Source: Mobula hypostoma
Taxonomy: Eukaryota
Assembly (NCBI RefSeq): GCF_963921235.1
Contig: NC_086098.1
Coordinates: 155,682,001 to 155,746,000 of the forward strand
DNA: 64,000 nucleotides
Reading direction: 5' to 3'
Of this stretch, positions 12,188 through 25,499 are shown piece by piece. The first letter of the stretch is position 1. Every line of letters starts with the position of its first letter. The notes beneath the pieces were generated by a model. The model made no database searches, was not told the origin of the DNA, and was given only the letters and a program-made list of their open reading frames with translations. Both the position numbers and the translations under genes were made by a program.

Positions 12188-12440
12188 GTGGAAATTATCC
12201 TGCCCCTCGATTGCTGTTCTTCCACACCCGACTGAAGGACAGATGACGACTCTGATGTGACTAGTCAACAACCTTTCCCCTGGACCGGTGTAGGTGTCCT
12301 GAGAAATGGACTGCAATGATGTGGTCTGGTGTACAGACAACCCGAGCCGTCCGGGATACCTACCAGACCTACACCCTCAGCAGCTATCTCACACTGACCG
12401 CCTCCGATGGAACTGACAAGAAAAGTACACTTGTGGGGTT
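12188..12440 (+). pseudogene. Orphan sigma-like IgL constant pseudo-exon, copy 1 (3'-deleted)
   Basis: TTTGTCATTCCAG acceptor; decayed C1 domain PSIAVLP..EGQMTTLM*LVNN..V*VS*EMD..GVQTTRAV..QTYTLSSYLTLTAS..EKYTCGV with stops and frameshifts. Confidence 0.8.
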
Positions 12441-14059
12441 CCACGATTGTTTCCTCTTATTTGCGAGCGGCTTTCCCACAGTCGTACTTTACATTATGGC
12501 GGAATAAAAAACTCTCACTTTGTAAATGTAACCTAGAATCTTTTGTTACGAAAATTAAAATTATATTGTTCTTGCATCCTGTATATCTTGCGTGCTAGCT
12601 GTTGAATTAAACCAGAGGAGGGGCAATTGATGCCGTACCCTGGTTGTATCGGTTATTAGCCATAAAGCTGGGAAAAGTAATAGGGCATTTTGTCCCCCTA
12701 ACGCGTTCAGACATTCATCCAGTACTGGTTGATATTCGATCTCGGCAACATGTTCCTGCCCTTTGCCTTAATATTGAGAAATCCGTGATTTTATGAAGGA
12801 ATCTAATGACAATGCCTCCAAAGGCTGCTGAATTACACCATCGAGAGCACATTAAGTGCGTGTGCGTGCGTGAGGAGCAGGCTGTGCCAAGATGCCATTT
12901 CTGGGAACATGACGGAGCGCCCCTAAGTCGGAATTCCGGCAAAGGCCGCGATCCCTTCTCACTTGTGTTCCCAGTTACAAACGCCTAATCTGAGACTGGA
13001 GCCATGGTTGTGGACTCCTCATCTAAGAAAGTATCTTCTCTTCATGAAGCACGTTAAGATCTGCTGGAATTTTAAATTTCATCGAGATCTCCCCTCATCC
13101 TCGGAAAGTTTAGAGAAAACAGGGCCAGACTACGCAATTTCTTCACAAATGGCGATTCTGGATAGCCTGATGAAATCCTTCCAGGTTTTTGCTGAAATCT
13201 GAATCCCTCCATTGGGCCAGATGTCTGATGGTCTTTTTAAGCAGCGATGCCTACACCATACAATGACGTCACCATTAGAGTACGCAAGTTCTGCAATGAG
13301 AAAGGGTTAAATAACATTTGTCTTCCTGAAGGTCTGTTGTCCTGGCATTTCGGCTTTCAGGAAGCCGACTCCCAGTTATCGTTAATACATTCGCGAATGC
13401 CCTGCGATTAAAGTAATTGACATATTTGTAAGATATATTAAAATTGGAGCATGCTACTAAACAAATAAACTAACGTTTTAATTAAAATTAGTTCCTGAAA
13501 CAACAAACAAACGAATAGTTAAAACAATAAATGAAAATAAACCATATTTGAGCAGATTTTATTTACCTTTATACAACTCATCTTTTCCCTATATACAACT
13601 CATCTTTTCCCTACACCCCACAAACAATGGTGACCCCAATGTTTTGAAGGGGTGAACCTGGCCCAGGATACAAGGCACATTCTACAGTGTAATGCTGGGT
13701 GACGTCCTTTCGGTCCTGCTACAGGTTCTTGCAGAATTGCATTTGGTTCTCCAACGAGAACTGGCCGGTATGCAGATATTTTTCAAGATCTCAAAGTTTG
13801 AAAATGCGCACATTAGAAAGAAATACCAATTGCACATCGTCGAAAAATAATTAAACACAGCAAGAAATGCTGAACAAGGCAGACAGCTTTCCGTATAACC
13901 CTTAACATTTTATCTCAATACCCTTTCATTAGAAAGTATAAATGATTGAAGTATAGAGGATAGGGAGGCCAGAGAGAACAAAGTAAATGTCCGGCATAGG
14001 ATGAATGGAAAACGAATGGCGCACCCCATCAAGGGAAAGGTGGTCAACCACAGGTTTTT

Positions 14060-14330
14060 ATTTATTGAGAGATACAGCACGGAACAGGCCCTTCTGGTCC
14101 AACGAGCCACACTGTCGAGCAACCTACCTATTTCAAACTAGCCTAATCCCAGGAAAATTACGATGACCAATTAACCTAGTAACGGGAACGTCTTTGAACT
14201 GGGGGAGGAAACCGGAGCACCCGGAAGAAACTGACGCGGTTGACGAGAAGAACGAACAACCTCCCACACACAGCGCCAAAAGTGAAGTCCGAACTGTTGT
14301 TGTAGTGTTGCGCTAACTGCTACGCTACCC
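14060..14330 (-). mobile_element. V-SINE/HE1-like tRNA-derived SINE; paralogs at about 35330-35650 and 55690-55950
   Basis: Minus strand TTTCTTCCGGGTGCTCCGGTTTCCTCCC V-domain-like motif following a tRNA-like head. Confidence 0.6.
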
Positions 14331-14899
14331 CGATTCCCGGGAGACACGGGCAAGGAGAAGGGTAAGTGAATACAAGTGCTTAGATTATGCACGGTCACGT
14401 GTATAAATAGGAATTCCTTCGCAGATCTTCCTCAAGATTAGCGTGTCCCTGCAATGTATAAATACCAATGGCATGTTGCCGAAAAAAAAATGCACTGCTT
14501 TTCATTGCGAAATGCCGAAGGGCATGCTCGGAACAGTTAAGGTGCAGCTAAACTTAAACACAGAAAATGTAGGGAATATAGGGAATACTCTGCAGGGCAG
14601 GTAGCCTATGTGTAAGAAGAGGCATTGCTGACAATTCAATTGATCAGAATATCCTGATGGCTGGTGGGGGATCAGTAAAGCAAACTCTGTTTCTTCTTCC
14701 ACAGATGCTGCTTGAACCGCGTCTCCAGCATGTTCTGTTTTTGCTTTGGATTTCTAACATCTAACATTCATTGCCGTAAGAATATGACGTGTAAATTAGT
14801 GAAGGTGGAACGCAATATTACATGTATGCAAGATCTCAAAAAGGAAACCATCTTTTCAAGATAATACAGTGTTGACTGTCTAAATACGTCAGGACATGT

Positions 14900-16930
14900 A
14901 GAGGTTAAGGAGAAGGAAGGGCTGGGCCAACTAATGAGTATAAAGGTATATAGGTTCCCAGGTTGGGAGTTACTACTGGTTATTGAAGGAGTCAGGAAAC
15001 GAGCTGGTTGGGGCCTTGACCAGTATCTTCGTGTCCTTTCTAGCCACCGGCGACGTCCAGAGATCTGGCGAGTAGCAACTGATTTACGCATGAGTGGCTC
15101 ATGAGGTGCCTCTTTTTAAGAGGGAACAAGGGAAAATCCTCAGCACCATAGACCAGAGAGTCTCTCGTCTGTTGCAGAAAATTGAAGGAGGAAACGCTTA
15201 GGGATAAGATATATGAGCATTTGGAAACTTACACAATAACTAGGGAAAGCCAATATGCCTTTGTACGTGGCAGGTCGTGCCTTGCCAACTTGATTGAGTT
15301 TTTTGACAAAGTTACGAGAGAGATTGATGAGGGTAGGGCAGTAGATGTTGGTTGCATGGATTTTTGTAAGGCTTTTGACAAAGTCCCTCATGGGAAACCT
15401 AATCTGGAAGATTAGGAATCATGGAGACCGTGGCGAATTGGCTGCTTGTATTCAGGAGCTACTTGCGCAAAGAATACAGGGGGTAGTGGTTGAGAGGACT
15501 CATCCTCGCCGGAGTCTGTAATTAGTGGATTTACGCGGGGATCTGAGCTGCGACCTCTGTTGTTTGTGATGTATGTAAATGACTTGAAGTCTAAGAAATA
15601 TATTTCGAAAGAGCATAAGAGAGCACTTAAAAAGGAAATTAGAATGGCTAAAGGAGGCATGAAGTTGCTCTATCAGGCAAAGCATAGGAAATCCCTAGAG
15701 TTTCTACATGTATATTAAGAGTAAGAGGATAGCAAGCGACTAATTGGTGCTCTTTCCGACCAGAGTGGCCATGAAGCCGAAAGAGTTTAGGCAGATCATA
15801 AGTGTTTTTTTTTAATATCTGTATTTAATCGGGAGACGGACTCAGAGTTAGGCAAAACAGCAATTTGTTCATGGACATAAAAGGATTACAGAGGAGGAGG
15901 TTTTTACTGTTTTGAGGCAACGTTGGGTGGATATATCCCCAGGGGTTAAAAAGTTTTCTCGGACCTTGTGGGAGGCTGGTGCAGAAAGTTTCGGGGACCT
16001 AACAAACATAGTTTAAAGGTCCATAGCCTTAGCTGAGGGTAATGTTGTTTCGTTGTTCAAGAAACTCTCCAAGTATAAGATTGGCAATTACAGGCAGGTG
16101 AGCCTGACGGTAGTTGTAGGCAGGTTATTGTACTGGATTTCAAGGGTCAGATTTATAGGCACTTGGAGAAAAACAGAGAATAATTAGGAATAGTCAATAT
16201 GGATGTGTGCGTGGTGGGTCACGTCCAACCAGTCTTAAAGAATTTTTCGAGAGCGTTATTATGGACTACAGCAAGGCCGATGACTAGGCCCCATATGGGA
16301 GGTTGTGATGAAGGTTAGGTCGCTTGTCATTCAGTATCAGGTAGTAATCTGGATTAGACATCGGCTTCGCTGGAAAAGCCAGAGAGTGGTAGTCGATGTT
16401 TGCCTCTCTGAGTGGAGGCCTGTGCCCAGTGGGGTACCTCGGGGATGGGTGTTATGTCGGTTGTTGTTTGTCATCTTTATCAATGATCCGAATCATAATG
16501 CGGTAAACTAGGTCATGAAATGTGTGGGAAACCGCAAGATTGGGGACATAGGAACAGCGAGTAAGGCCATTTAAGTGGGTTCTGGAACAGCTGGGAAAAT
16601 AGGTTGAAAATGCCAGATGGTGATTATTGCAGACGATGTGAGGTGTTGCACTTTGAGAGAACAACCCGGGTAACACATACACGATGAGCTGTAGGGCACT
16701 GTGGAGTACGGTAGTACAAAAGGAAAGCAGATCCGTAATTTCTTCAAAGTGTCATCGACGGTAAATAGGGCCGTAAAGGGAGCTTTTGGCATATTGGACT
16801 TCGTAGCTCAAAGTAAACATTGAGTACAAGAGTTTTGATAGATATTTGGATGGGAGAGTATCTAGAACAATGACCTGGTGACTATTCCCCGTAATAGTTC
16901 AACAAGGTTTAGATGGGCCGAAGGGCCTGC
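14900..16930 (+). mobile_element. Stacked, heavily decayed CR1 fragments shared among units
   Basis: Short ORFs with GRSCLANLIEFFDKVT..DFCKAFDKVPH and GVPRGWVL..LFVIFIND. Confidence 0.7.
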
Positions 16931-17940
16931 TTCTGTGCAGTAGTGTTCTATAACTGTATCTATACGTTTTGGACGCTTGAAAACACTCACAGTTATGGTT
17001 CCAATTTGCTCTCAGCTGGGAATGAACAGTTCATGTATTTCACTGGAATCGAAAAGGAAGGGCTTGGTAATCACGGCTTTTTTATTCTTCTGGGGCAGAA
17101 AATACTAACTTACTCCTTCGGTTTAAATAAAATTTAACGTCGACTCCCTTGAATCTCTGATATGTCTTTCGATCGCACTCTACTTCGGCATCGATAAAAT
17201 TTCCAAAGAAACTGAAGGATTAAAGTTGCATCGAGATAAGAATATCAACTTTTTTTTTTCAGTCCTGAATACCCAAACCTATTATCTGAACACTACAATC
17301 TTCAGCCCTCCACAGAAAACATGCGGGATTCGGCTCGGCATCCAACCTATCAAGCCAACAAAGATTTTTATATATTTCAATGGCATTGCCTGCCTTTGAG
17401 CTAAATACCATAGAATATAGGCCCGATATATTCATTCACATGTAAATGCACGTATTCTGAAAAAAAATCTGCTGCATTTCAAACAAACTTAGTATCGTCC
17501 CAAACCCACCAAATTCGCCCCGTATTTATTTATCAATCATCCTCCGTTGAATGAGTTCCTACCTGACAGATGATTGTGTGTTTGTGTCTACATGTCTGTG
17601 CGCTTACATGTGGGTGCATGAACTATCAAATCGCAATACATATTTTTAAATGATATCACACACCTTTCATTGCTGATTTTTGCAACAAGGCAATATCATT
17701 AAAGAGAGATTAAATTTTATTTTTATTTTATTCTGTACTCGAAAGAAAAGTCTTAAAAATATATTGCAAATCGGCCTGGGTCGTGAATGTTACTGGGTAG
17801 CGCTGCTCGAAATTATCAGCAGTCTGGCAAGAATCAAGAATAAAATCTTCAGACCAGAATCCTTTTGATAAACATATGGGGATGCATTTAACTGAGATTA
17901 ATTAACATTGGAGTTTGAGTTAACAATTATACCGGAGTTC

Positions 17941-18730
17941 AACCCAGGTAAGTGTGAGGTGGTTCATTTTGGTATGCCAAATATGATGGCAGAATATGAT
18001 ATTAATGGTAAGACTCTTGGCAGTGTGGAGGATCAGAGGGATCTTGGGGACCGACTCCATAGGACACTCAAAGCTACTGCTCAGGTTAACTCTGTGGGTA
18101 AGAAGGCGTACGGTGCATTGGCCTTCATCAACCGTGGGATTGAGTTTAAGAGCCCACAGGTAATTTTATAGGACCATGGTCAGACTCCACTTGGAGTACA
18201 AGGCTCAGTTCTGGTCACCTCACTACAGGAAGAATGTGGAAACTGTAGAAAGGGTGCAAAGGAGATCTATAAGGATGTTGCCTGGATTAGGGACATACCT
18301 TATCAGAATAGCTTCAGTGAACTCGGCCTTTTCTCCTTGAAGTGGCGGTGGACGAGAGGTGACCTGATCGAGGTGTATAAAATGATGAGAGGCATTGAAC
18401 GTGTCGATAGTCAGAAGTTTTTCCCAGGGCTGAAATAGCTAACACGAGAGGGCACAATTTTAAGGTGCATGGAAGTAGGTACAGAGGGGAAGTTGTCAGG
18501 GGGAAGTGTTTTTTACGCAGCGCGAAGTGAATGCGTGGAATGGGCTGCCGGCGACGATAGTGGAGGTGGATACGATAGGGTCTTTTAAGATACTCCTGGA
18601 TAGGTACATGGAGCATAGAAAAATAGGGGGCTATGGGAAACCCTAGGTAATTTATAAAGTAAGTACATGATCGGCACAGCATTGTGGGCTGAAGGGCCTG
18701 CATTGTGCTGTCGGTTTTCTATGTTTCTAT
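17941..18730 (+). mobile_element. CR1 3' portion at the junction of an internal duplication
   Basis: EFNPGKCEVVHFG..LGSVEDQRDLG; tail GGTTTTCTATGTTTCTATG at about 18715-18731. Confidence 0.85.
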
Positions 18731-19731
18731 GTTACTACTGTGTAGGTTATCGTAACGGATTCTAATGGATCAAATATAAAGGCATTTGTAGAAAAACAGA
18801 GAATGATTAGGAATAGTCAACATGTATTTGTGCGTGCTGGGACATGTCCAACCAATCTTTTAGAGTTTTTCGAGAACGTAATCAAAAGGGTTGATGAAGG
18901 AAAAGCAGAGGATATTGGCTACATGGACTATATAGAGCAATGCCGATGACTGGGCCCTGTAATGAATGTTAATGAAGGTTGTCATGAAGGTTAAGTCGTT
19001 TGGCATTCAGTATAAGGTAGAAATCTGGATTAGATATTGGCCTCGCCAGAGAGTGCTACTAGATGTTTGCCTCTCTGAGTGGAGGCCTGTGGCCAGTGGT
19101 GTACCTCAGGGATGGGTATTATGCCCGTTGTTGTTTATCATCTATATCAATGATCTGAATCATGATATGCTAAACTAGGTCATCAAATTTGTAGATAACA
19201 CCGAGATTGGGAACGTAGTGGGCGCGAGTAAGGCCATTAAAGCTTGTAGCGGGATCTGGAGAAGATGGAAAAATGGGCTGAAAAAAGGCAGATGGTTATT
19301 ATTGCACTTTGGGAGGGCAAACCAGGTTGGACTTACACGGTGAGAGGCAGGGCACTGAGGAGTACGGTAGAACAGAAGGAATGCAGGTCCATCATGTCTT
19401 CAAAGTATCGCCGTAGGTAAATAGGGCCTAAAGAGAGCTTTTGGCATATTGGCCTTCGCAGATCAAAGTAAATATTGTGCACAAGAGTTGGGATGAAACC
19501 TCGAGTTGCTTAAGACGGTCGCGAAGCCTTATTTGGAGTATTGTATGTTGTTCTAGTCACCCGCCCACAGGAACGATATCAATAAGATTGAAAGAATGCA
19601 GAGAAAATTTACAAGAATGTTACTGACACTTAACCTGAATTATACGGAATAGTTGAATAGATTCGGACTGTATTCCCTGGAGCAAAGGAGAATGAGTGAC
19701 GTTTTGATGGAGGTATACAAAATTAAGAGAG

Positions 19732-20633
19732 TGTGACGAGAATACACATAAATTAAGATGTTAGCTGGCCTGTGCTGGCACCAGTGGGATCAGCAGTTGG
19801 TCGGCCACCTGTCTTCAGGAGAAAGAGAGATAAGGAAAACAATGGAGCAGCATTTGGAGATGTTAATGAAGGAACGGGAGAGTTTAACGGAAGGAGAGCT
19901 GTCAAGATCGGCTCCCCCTTTGAACCCTGAACTGTTTGAAGTGATGGACAGGCGATACCCCAGCAGGGGGATAAAAAGGGACAGGTTCGCTAAGGCAAGA
20001 CACACACGACACCACGAGGTAACGAGACCCTGGAAGCGGTGCGCCTCCCATAAGTCGGTGGGAAGTTTTGGAGGGCTGGTCGCGGGACCAAGCCATAGAC
20101 GCACAGGGTGGAAATACACGATCAACGGGAACCTGGCGTGTGTCCACCCTTTCCTGGGTGCCAGGTTCACCGCAGAGAAACGATCGTATCTGGAAAACGG
20201 AGGGGTCACGTTCGGTGACCTCAGATGACATCACAAAGGGTTCGCCCGAAAGCTGATTGCGAAGAATATCGAAGGTCTGTGTGGAGCCGTTTGAATATTC
20301 ATTCGTTTTTGCTCTCTCTCTCCTTCCCCCACAGTGACCATCTCCCACGGCAGTGATTACTGCGAACTGAACTGAATTCAATTGAACTGAACTTTGCGTC
20401 ACTTTGAAACTGGTCATTTGCCCTAGACGACGATAGAGCTTGACTGATCCTGTTATCTTAATTCTGTGTACATGTGTGTTTATCATTGCTGAACTGTTGC
20501 ATTTATTATCCTTTTGATTAGAGTACTGTGTTACTTGTTTCTTTAATAAAACTTTCTTAGTTCTAGTAGTCCAGACTCCAACTGAGTGATCCATTTCTGC
20601 TGGTTTGTCAACCCAGATACGGGGTACGTAACA
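19732..20633 (+). mobile_element. Solo LTR (902 bp) inserted in a CR1 remnant
   Basis: TGTGACG...CGTAACA termini, 4-bp TSD AGAG, TATA-like GATAAAA near 19970, AATAAA near 20545; absent from other units. Confidence 0.85.
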
Positions 20634-22049
20634 AGAGGCATGGAGAGGGTAAATGCAAGCTGGGCTTTTCCACTAAGGCTGGATGAAATTAGAACTAGAG
20701 ATCATGGGTTATGGGTGAAAGATTAAAAGATAAATTTTAACATGAGGGGAATGTCTTTACCTGGAGTGTGGTGGGAGTGCGGAAGGAGCTTCCAACGAAA
20801 GGATTGGGTGGGGGATCTATTTTAACATTTAAGAGTAATTTGGATAGGTGCATGGATGGGACAGCATGGAGAACAATGGTCTGATGCCAGTCCGCGTAAT
20901 AGTTCAGCACAGTTCATATGGACCAAAGTGCCTTCTTCTGTGCAGTAGTGTTCGAGAACTGTACCTATACGTTTTGAGCGTTTGAATGAACTGGCAGTTA
21001 CAGTTCCAATTTGCTCTCAGGTGGGTATATACAGTTCGTGTATTTCACTGGAATTGAAAACGAAGAGCTTGATAACCATGGTTGTTTTACTTTATTCTTC
21101 TGGGTCAGAAAATATTAACTTGCTCCTTCAGTTTAAATGAAATTAAAATTGAGATTTTTTAAAAATACTCCAATGTAAAATAACTATCACGTGTTATACT
21201 TTTTAGAAAGTTCGAGTTGTGCACATACGAAAGAATAACATTAGAAGCAGTCTGACCAGATTTCCGGTCTCCTGTCATGTCTCGACTCCCTTGAATCTCT
21301 TAAAGATATTTCGATCGCAATCTACTTGGGCACCGATAAAATTTCTAAAGAAACTACAGATTAAAGGTACACCCTGAAAAGAATATTATCTTTTTTTTCA
21401 GCCCCGAATACCCAAACCTATTATTTGAAGACTACAACCATCAGCTCGGCATCTCACTTGTCAAGCCGAAAATGGTTTTTATGTATATCGATGGCATTGT
21501 CTCCCTTTGATTTCAGTGCCCTAGAATATGGGCGCAATATATTAATTCACATAAACACGCACTTATTCTGAAAAGAAAATCTGCTGCACTTCACACAATC
21601 TGAGGATCGTCCCAGACCCACCAATTCCGCCCCGTCTATATTTGTCAATCGTCATTAATTGAATGCGTTCCTTCATGACAGATGACTGTGTGTCTGTGAG
21701 TACACACAGACAATATCTTTAAAGGGAGATTTAAATTATATTTTTGTTTTATTCTGCACTTGAAAGAAAAGTCATGAAACCATGTTGCAAATCAGACTGG
21801 ATCGTTAATGTTATTGGGTAGCTCTGCACGAAATTATCAGCAGTCGGTCAAGAATCAAGAATGCAATCTTCAGGCCAGAATCATTTTGATAAACATCTGG
21901 GGATGCATTTAACTGAGATTAATTACCATTGGAGATACACTTAACAATGCTACCAATCTAATGGAATGACATTTTGAAACTGATAAAAGTTAAATGACGA
22001 CTCTGAGCTCAAATAATTATCTGCAAAATAATAATATTTCAAAATATTT

Positions 22050-22055
22050 TTTATT
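22050..22055 (-). terminator. Polyadenylation signal AATAAA after cluster 2 C exon
   Basis: About 57 nt downstream of the C stop; the homologous site in cluster 3 is ATTAAA (43668-43673). Confidence 0.6.
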
Positions 22056-22111
22056 GAAGAAAAAGACGGAGAAAATAAGATTTTCATCTCGATTAATTTT
22101 GAAATATCTTC

Positions 22112-22433
22112 TTAGATGCAGCTGGATCTCTCGACCGTTGCCTCAAACGGGTTTGCTAGAGCCTCGTGTTTAACCACACAGGAGTAACGCTCGTGTGAGT
22201 TCCATTCTGAGGCTGGCAGAGTCAGGTAACTGCTCACACTGAACTGTTGTCCGTGTCCTGCCGGACAAGGCTCGATTCAACGCCATCGCTTTTCGTACGT
22301 CTGTCCACGGTCCACTCAATGTTCACAGCGCCTGGATTGAAACGGCTCACCAAACACACCAGTGTCGCTGTGCCCTTTCCCGTGATTTCTTCCGTTGACG
22401 GCCGGAGGACGGTGACGGCGGGGCTCCGAGGAT
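22112..22433 (-). pseudogene. IgL cluster 2 constant exon with a 1-bp deletion
   Basis: TAAACAG acceptor, (N)PRSPAVTVLRPSTEEITGKGTATLVCLVSRFNPGAVNIEWTVD... The exon is 322 nt versus 323 in cluster 3; the deletion near 22244 (AACAGTTC vs AACACGTTC) gives TGA at 22236-22234, before the second Cys. Confidence 0.88.
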
Positions 22434-22897
22434 CTGTTTAAAACAAGGTGCCAGTTTAGTACAGGTTGAGAAATCGTTTCTGTTAAAACATACCTTTGCT
22501 TTAAAATACATTTGGTACTTCATGCATTTATTCACCTTGATGAACAAATACCTCTCTTCCGTTTTCCTGTTTCAATATGTTAAATTGGCCTTGAAAAAAA
22601 ATGCCAGCTGAAATCTCACGTGATAACTGTTTTTGTGACCCTGGGCGGAATATGTGCAGTGTCGTAAAATGAACGATCTCGGCCCGGGTTTTAATTGGTT
22701 TCCCAAGCATTGCATTATTAGATTCAGGTTGACTAAAAATCTGAGGTTATATCTGACTAAGAATTTTGGCTTCCATTGGCACCTAAGCCAACTGTCCCTA
22801 CTTCTACCTTAGACAGATTCTCTTCATTCAAATCTTCAGTCATCATGACAAGAGACAGAAGTCTAATTCATGTTTTGCTTACACTCGGGGATTAGTA

Positions 22898-22977
22898 CAG
22901 GGGGTTCTCAACCTTTTTATGCCATGGACCCCTGCCATTAGCAGAGGGATGTGTAGACCCCAGGTTGGGAATCCCTG
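22898..22977. mobile_element. 80-bp hAT (Charlie-like) MITE in the J-C intron; paralog at 44503-44584
   Basis: TIRs CAGGGGGTTCTCAAC / GTTGGGAATCCCTG; near-perfect 8-bp TSD GATTAGTA/GAATAGTA. Confidence 0.75.
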
Positions 22978-24871
22978 GAATAGTATATTTAATGCATCTT
23001 AGCCATCCGAATACAGCGTTCGCTTTGCGTAATATTAAATTACAGGCTGCTTGTATAGTAAATGACTTTTGGAAAGTTTAACATACATGTTGAACCTTAT
23101 ACGCTTTGTTTCGGAAATATTATTTTTCCGCTGGAAGAAAGTAATTCAAATCTGGTTTGTGGAGTGTAGCGGATCTTTCTTCTGACACTCACCAGTGAGG
23201 AAACCACTTTCCTACAATGTTCACGACCTACGTGGTAAAGAGGTGGTATTCATCTGATATGGCTCCGAATATTGCTCAACGTGGTTAACTTTTCATATTT
23301 TTAAGTCATTTCTCGTGTAAAGTTGACACGCTCGCTGTTCCATGGTTCCATTTTTGGTGCAATGACAACTTGAATGATAGATTAATTCCACTGACTTAAT
23401 GGCCGTTATTTCGCTGTCGTATAGGTCAGCAATAAAGATCCTCAATCTCTGCCTATAAAAGCCATCGCAAACAGATATAGAAGGATTCTTCACTGCTATT
23501 TCCGCAACAAACTTTGACCTGCCATGGTTGTTAGCTCTGAACTGAACCCCGGATCCTGCATGTCCAATGGGCCACTCTTTGTCTGGCCTTTACCCTTTCA
23601 CCTACCGGGCATGGTTTGACACTACCAAGTACCAAAGCACAAGGCCCTAACACTCGCCAATATAACTCTCCGATCATTGAGCGACGCATGTCTTCAAAAC
23701 CTACGATAAAGTTCTGGTTGTCTTGAAGGTTTATTTCCACACGCATTTTAAATTACCACACAATTTCAGTTTCACAATTGGCAGAAAAGACTGTCTTCTA
23801 TATTTCCACATATTGACATTGCAAAGTAAGACAGAAGTAATACCAACAGCTGAAAACATAAAATACTATAAGATGTCTGCTAATAAATTTGCGTTCTAGT
23901 ATCTACGTGCTAATTTTCGAACTTTGTTGTGGTGTTACATGGCGCAAGTTTGTTTCAGATTTCAATCAAATGCAAATTTAATTCTAAACAGCAAAACACT
24001 CAAGGATTGTTTTACTATCTCTTGGCGGTTTAATACATACCTTTAACATCTCAAACAGGCGATGCGAAACAGTTAAATATACAACGATTAATCTAGCAGT
24101 TAGTCTACTCAGTAACATCTCAATGAGTTTCCCTAGAATTGATGGACTAATTGATCCGTTGTTGTTGCCATTCGGTTTCTCCTGCACTTAAAGGATTTCC
24201 ATTAACTGCCGTGTTTATCATCATCCATGTGCCAGGTTGTAAATATGGTAGCAGTTCTGTTATTTTTAGGAAATGTAAGGAGACAAACAAATAACTTGCG
24301 CAGGGTGTCGGATGATTAAAAAAATCAGTTAACAAATGTTCAGCGAGACGGAGCTAACCAGATACTGTGGAAATTTCATAAAGATTATAGCTTCTTGCTT
24401 TGGAACCAATCGCCTTCATCATCTATCTTTCTTCATCTATTCAAGTTAATGATTTTAAAGAACCCTCAAGGGTTCAGTGATCAGTGGCTAGCAGTTATCC
24501 TATGGTTCTGATGGGCATCAGCAGCAAGTGGTGTCAAAGCAAAGGTGGATCCCCCAACAAAATCATTGATGTAGTCAAAATTCGGCAATGCAGGATTAAG
24601 CTCATTTAATAACGTTTGGACTAATTCTACACCTGGTTGAACAATTATCAGTTCATCTTCTACAAAGCCAGCGCCAATTAAAAAAAAACAGAGGGGCATT
24701 TAGCGCTTCAGGCGCGCATGTTCAACTAAATAGTCAAAGGTGCGTTACTCGTGGTTGGATATTTGAAAAATGCCACCTTTTGTTTCAAAGCAACCATGAG
24801 ACGACACAAATTTAATTCTTGTTCAGGTAAGTACCAAGAAGCTAAGCGCATTGAATTGATATTTTACTTAC

Positions 24872-25219
24872 TGCCAATTGCCAGCCTCGTTCCTTTGCCG
24901 AAGATGTAAACATCTGATTTCCACATAGCACAGTAATAGTCTGCCGCATCCTCCGACTGGACGCTCGATATTGTCAATGTTGCCGTGTTGCCTGATATCG
25001 AGCCGCCGAAACGGTTCGGAACTCCGGAGCCTCTGTTAACGCTGCTCCCCGAATAATAGTAGAACAGATACCGAGGAACTTTTCCGGGAATCTGCTGGTA
25101 CCAGGAAACAGTGCTACTTCCTAAAGAGGTTCCAGACAAGGTGCAGGGTATTTGCACGTTCTGCCCCGGAGACGTGGATTTCGAAAGTGGCTGATTCACT
25201 GCAATTTCCGCGTTGATAT
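24872..25219 (-). CDS. IgL cluster 2 germline-joined V-J exon, open
   Basis: 348 nt; (Y)INAEIAVNQPLSKSTSPGQNVQIPC..WYQQIPG..YYC-AMWKSDVYI-FGKGTRLAIG; canonical splice sites; no RSS. Confidence 0.95.
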
Positions 25220-25343
25220 CTGGAAACATTCAGAAGGAAGAAACAATGTGCCGAGATTAATATTCGAGTAATACCAGAAGTGCGAGTAGAATATTATTGA
25301 ATGGTATTCGAGATTCAATATAATATCCATAGAAAGTACTCAC

Positions 25344-25392
25344 ATATTGCAGTGAACACCAGCGTACTGACCACACGAACCCACCAAGACAT
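25344..25392 (-). CDS. IgL cluster 2 leader exon (MSWWVRVVSTLVFTAI)
   Basis: ATG at 25392, GTGAGT donor, 124-nt intron. Confidence 0.92.
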
Positions 25393-25489
25393 TGTAAGGC
25401 TCACACAGGGTGCCGCAGTTAAGTGGCGTCTCAATCTTTCAGCTCGCTTACGAATCCTGTGACGAGGTGTCAGCGCGTTTTCCCTGTTT

Positions 25490-25499
25490 ATGCAAATCA
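25490..25499 (-). promoter_or_regulatory. IgL promoter octamer/decamer TGATTTGCAT, cluster 2
   Basis: Perfect motif about 100 bp upstream of the ATG. Confidence 0.85.

Noticed and set aside
19758-20594. ORFs of 139-230 aa inside the LTR
   Set aside because: No gag, pol or env motifs; chance ORFs in a solo LTR.
23970-23977. ATGCAAAT in the cluster 2 J-C intron as an intronic enhancer
   Set aside because: A single 8-mer in AT-rich DNA with no counterpart seen in unit 3; insufficient support.
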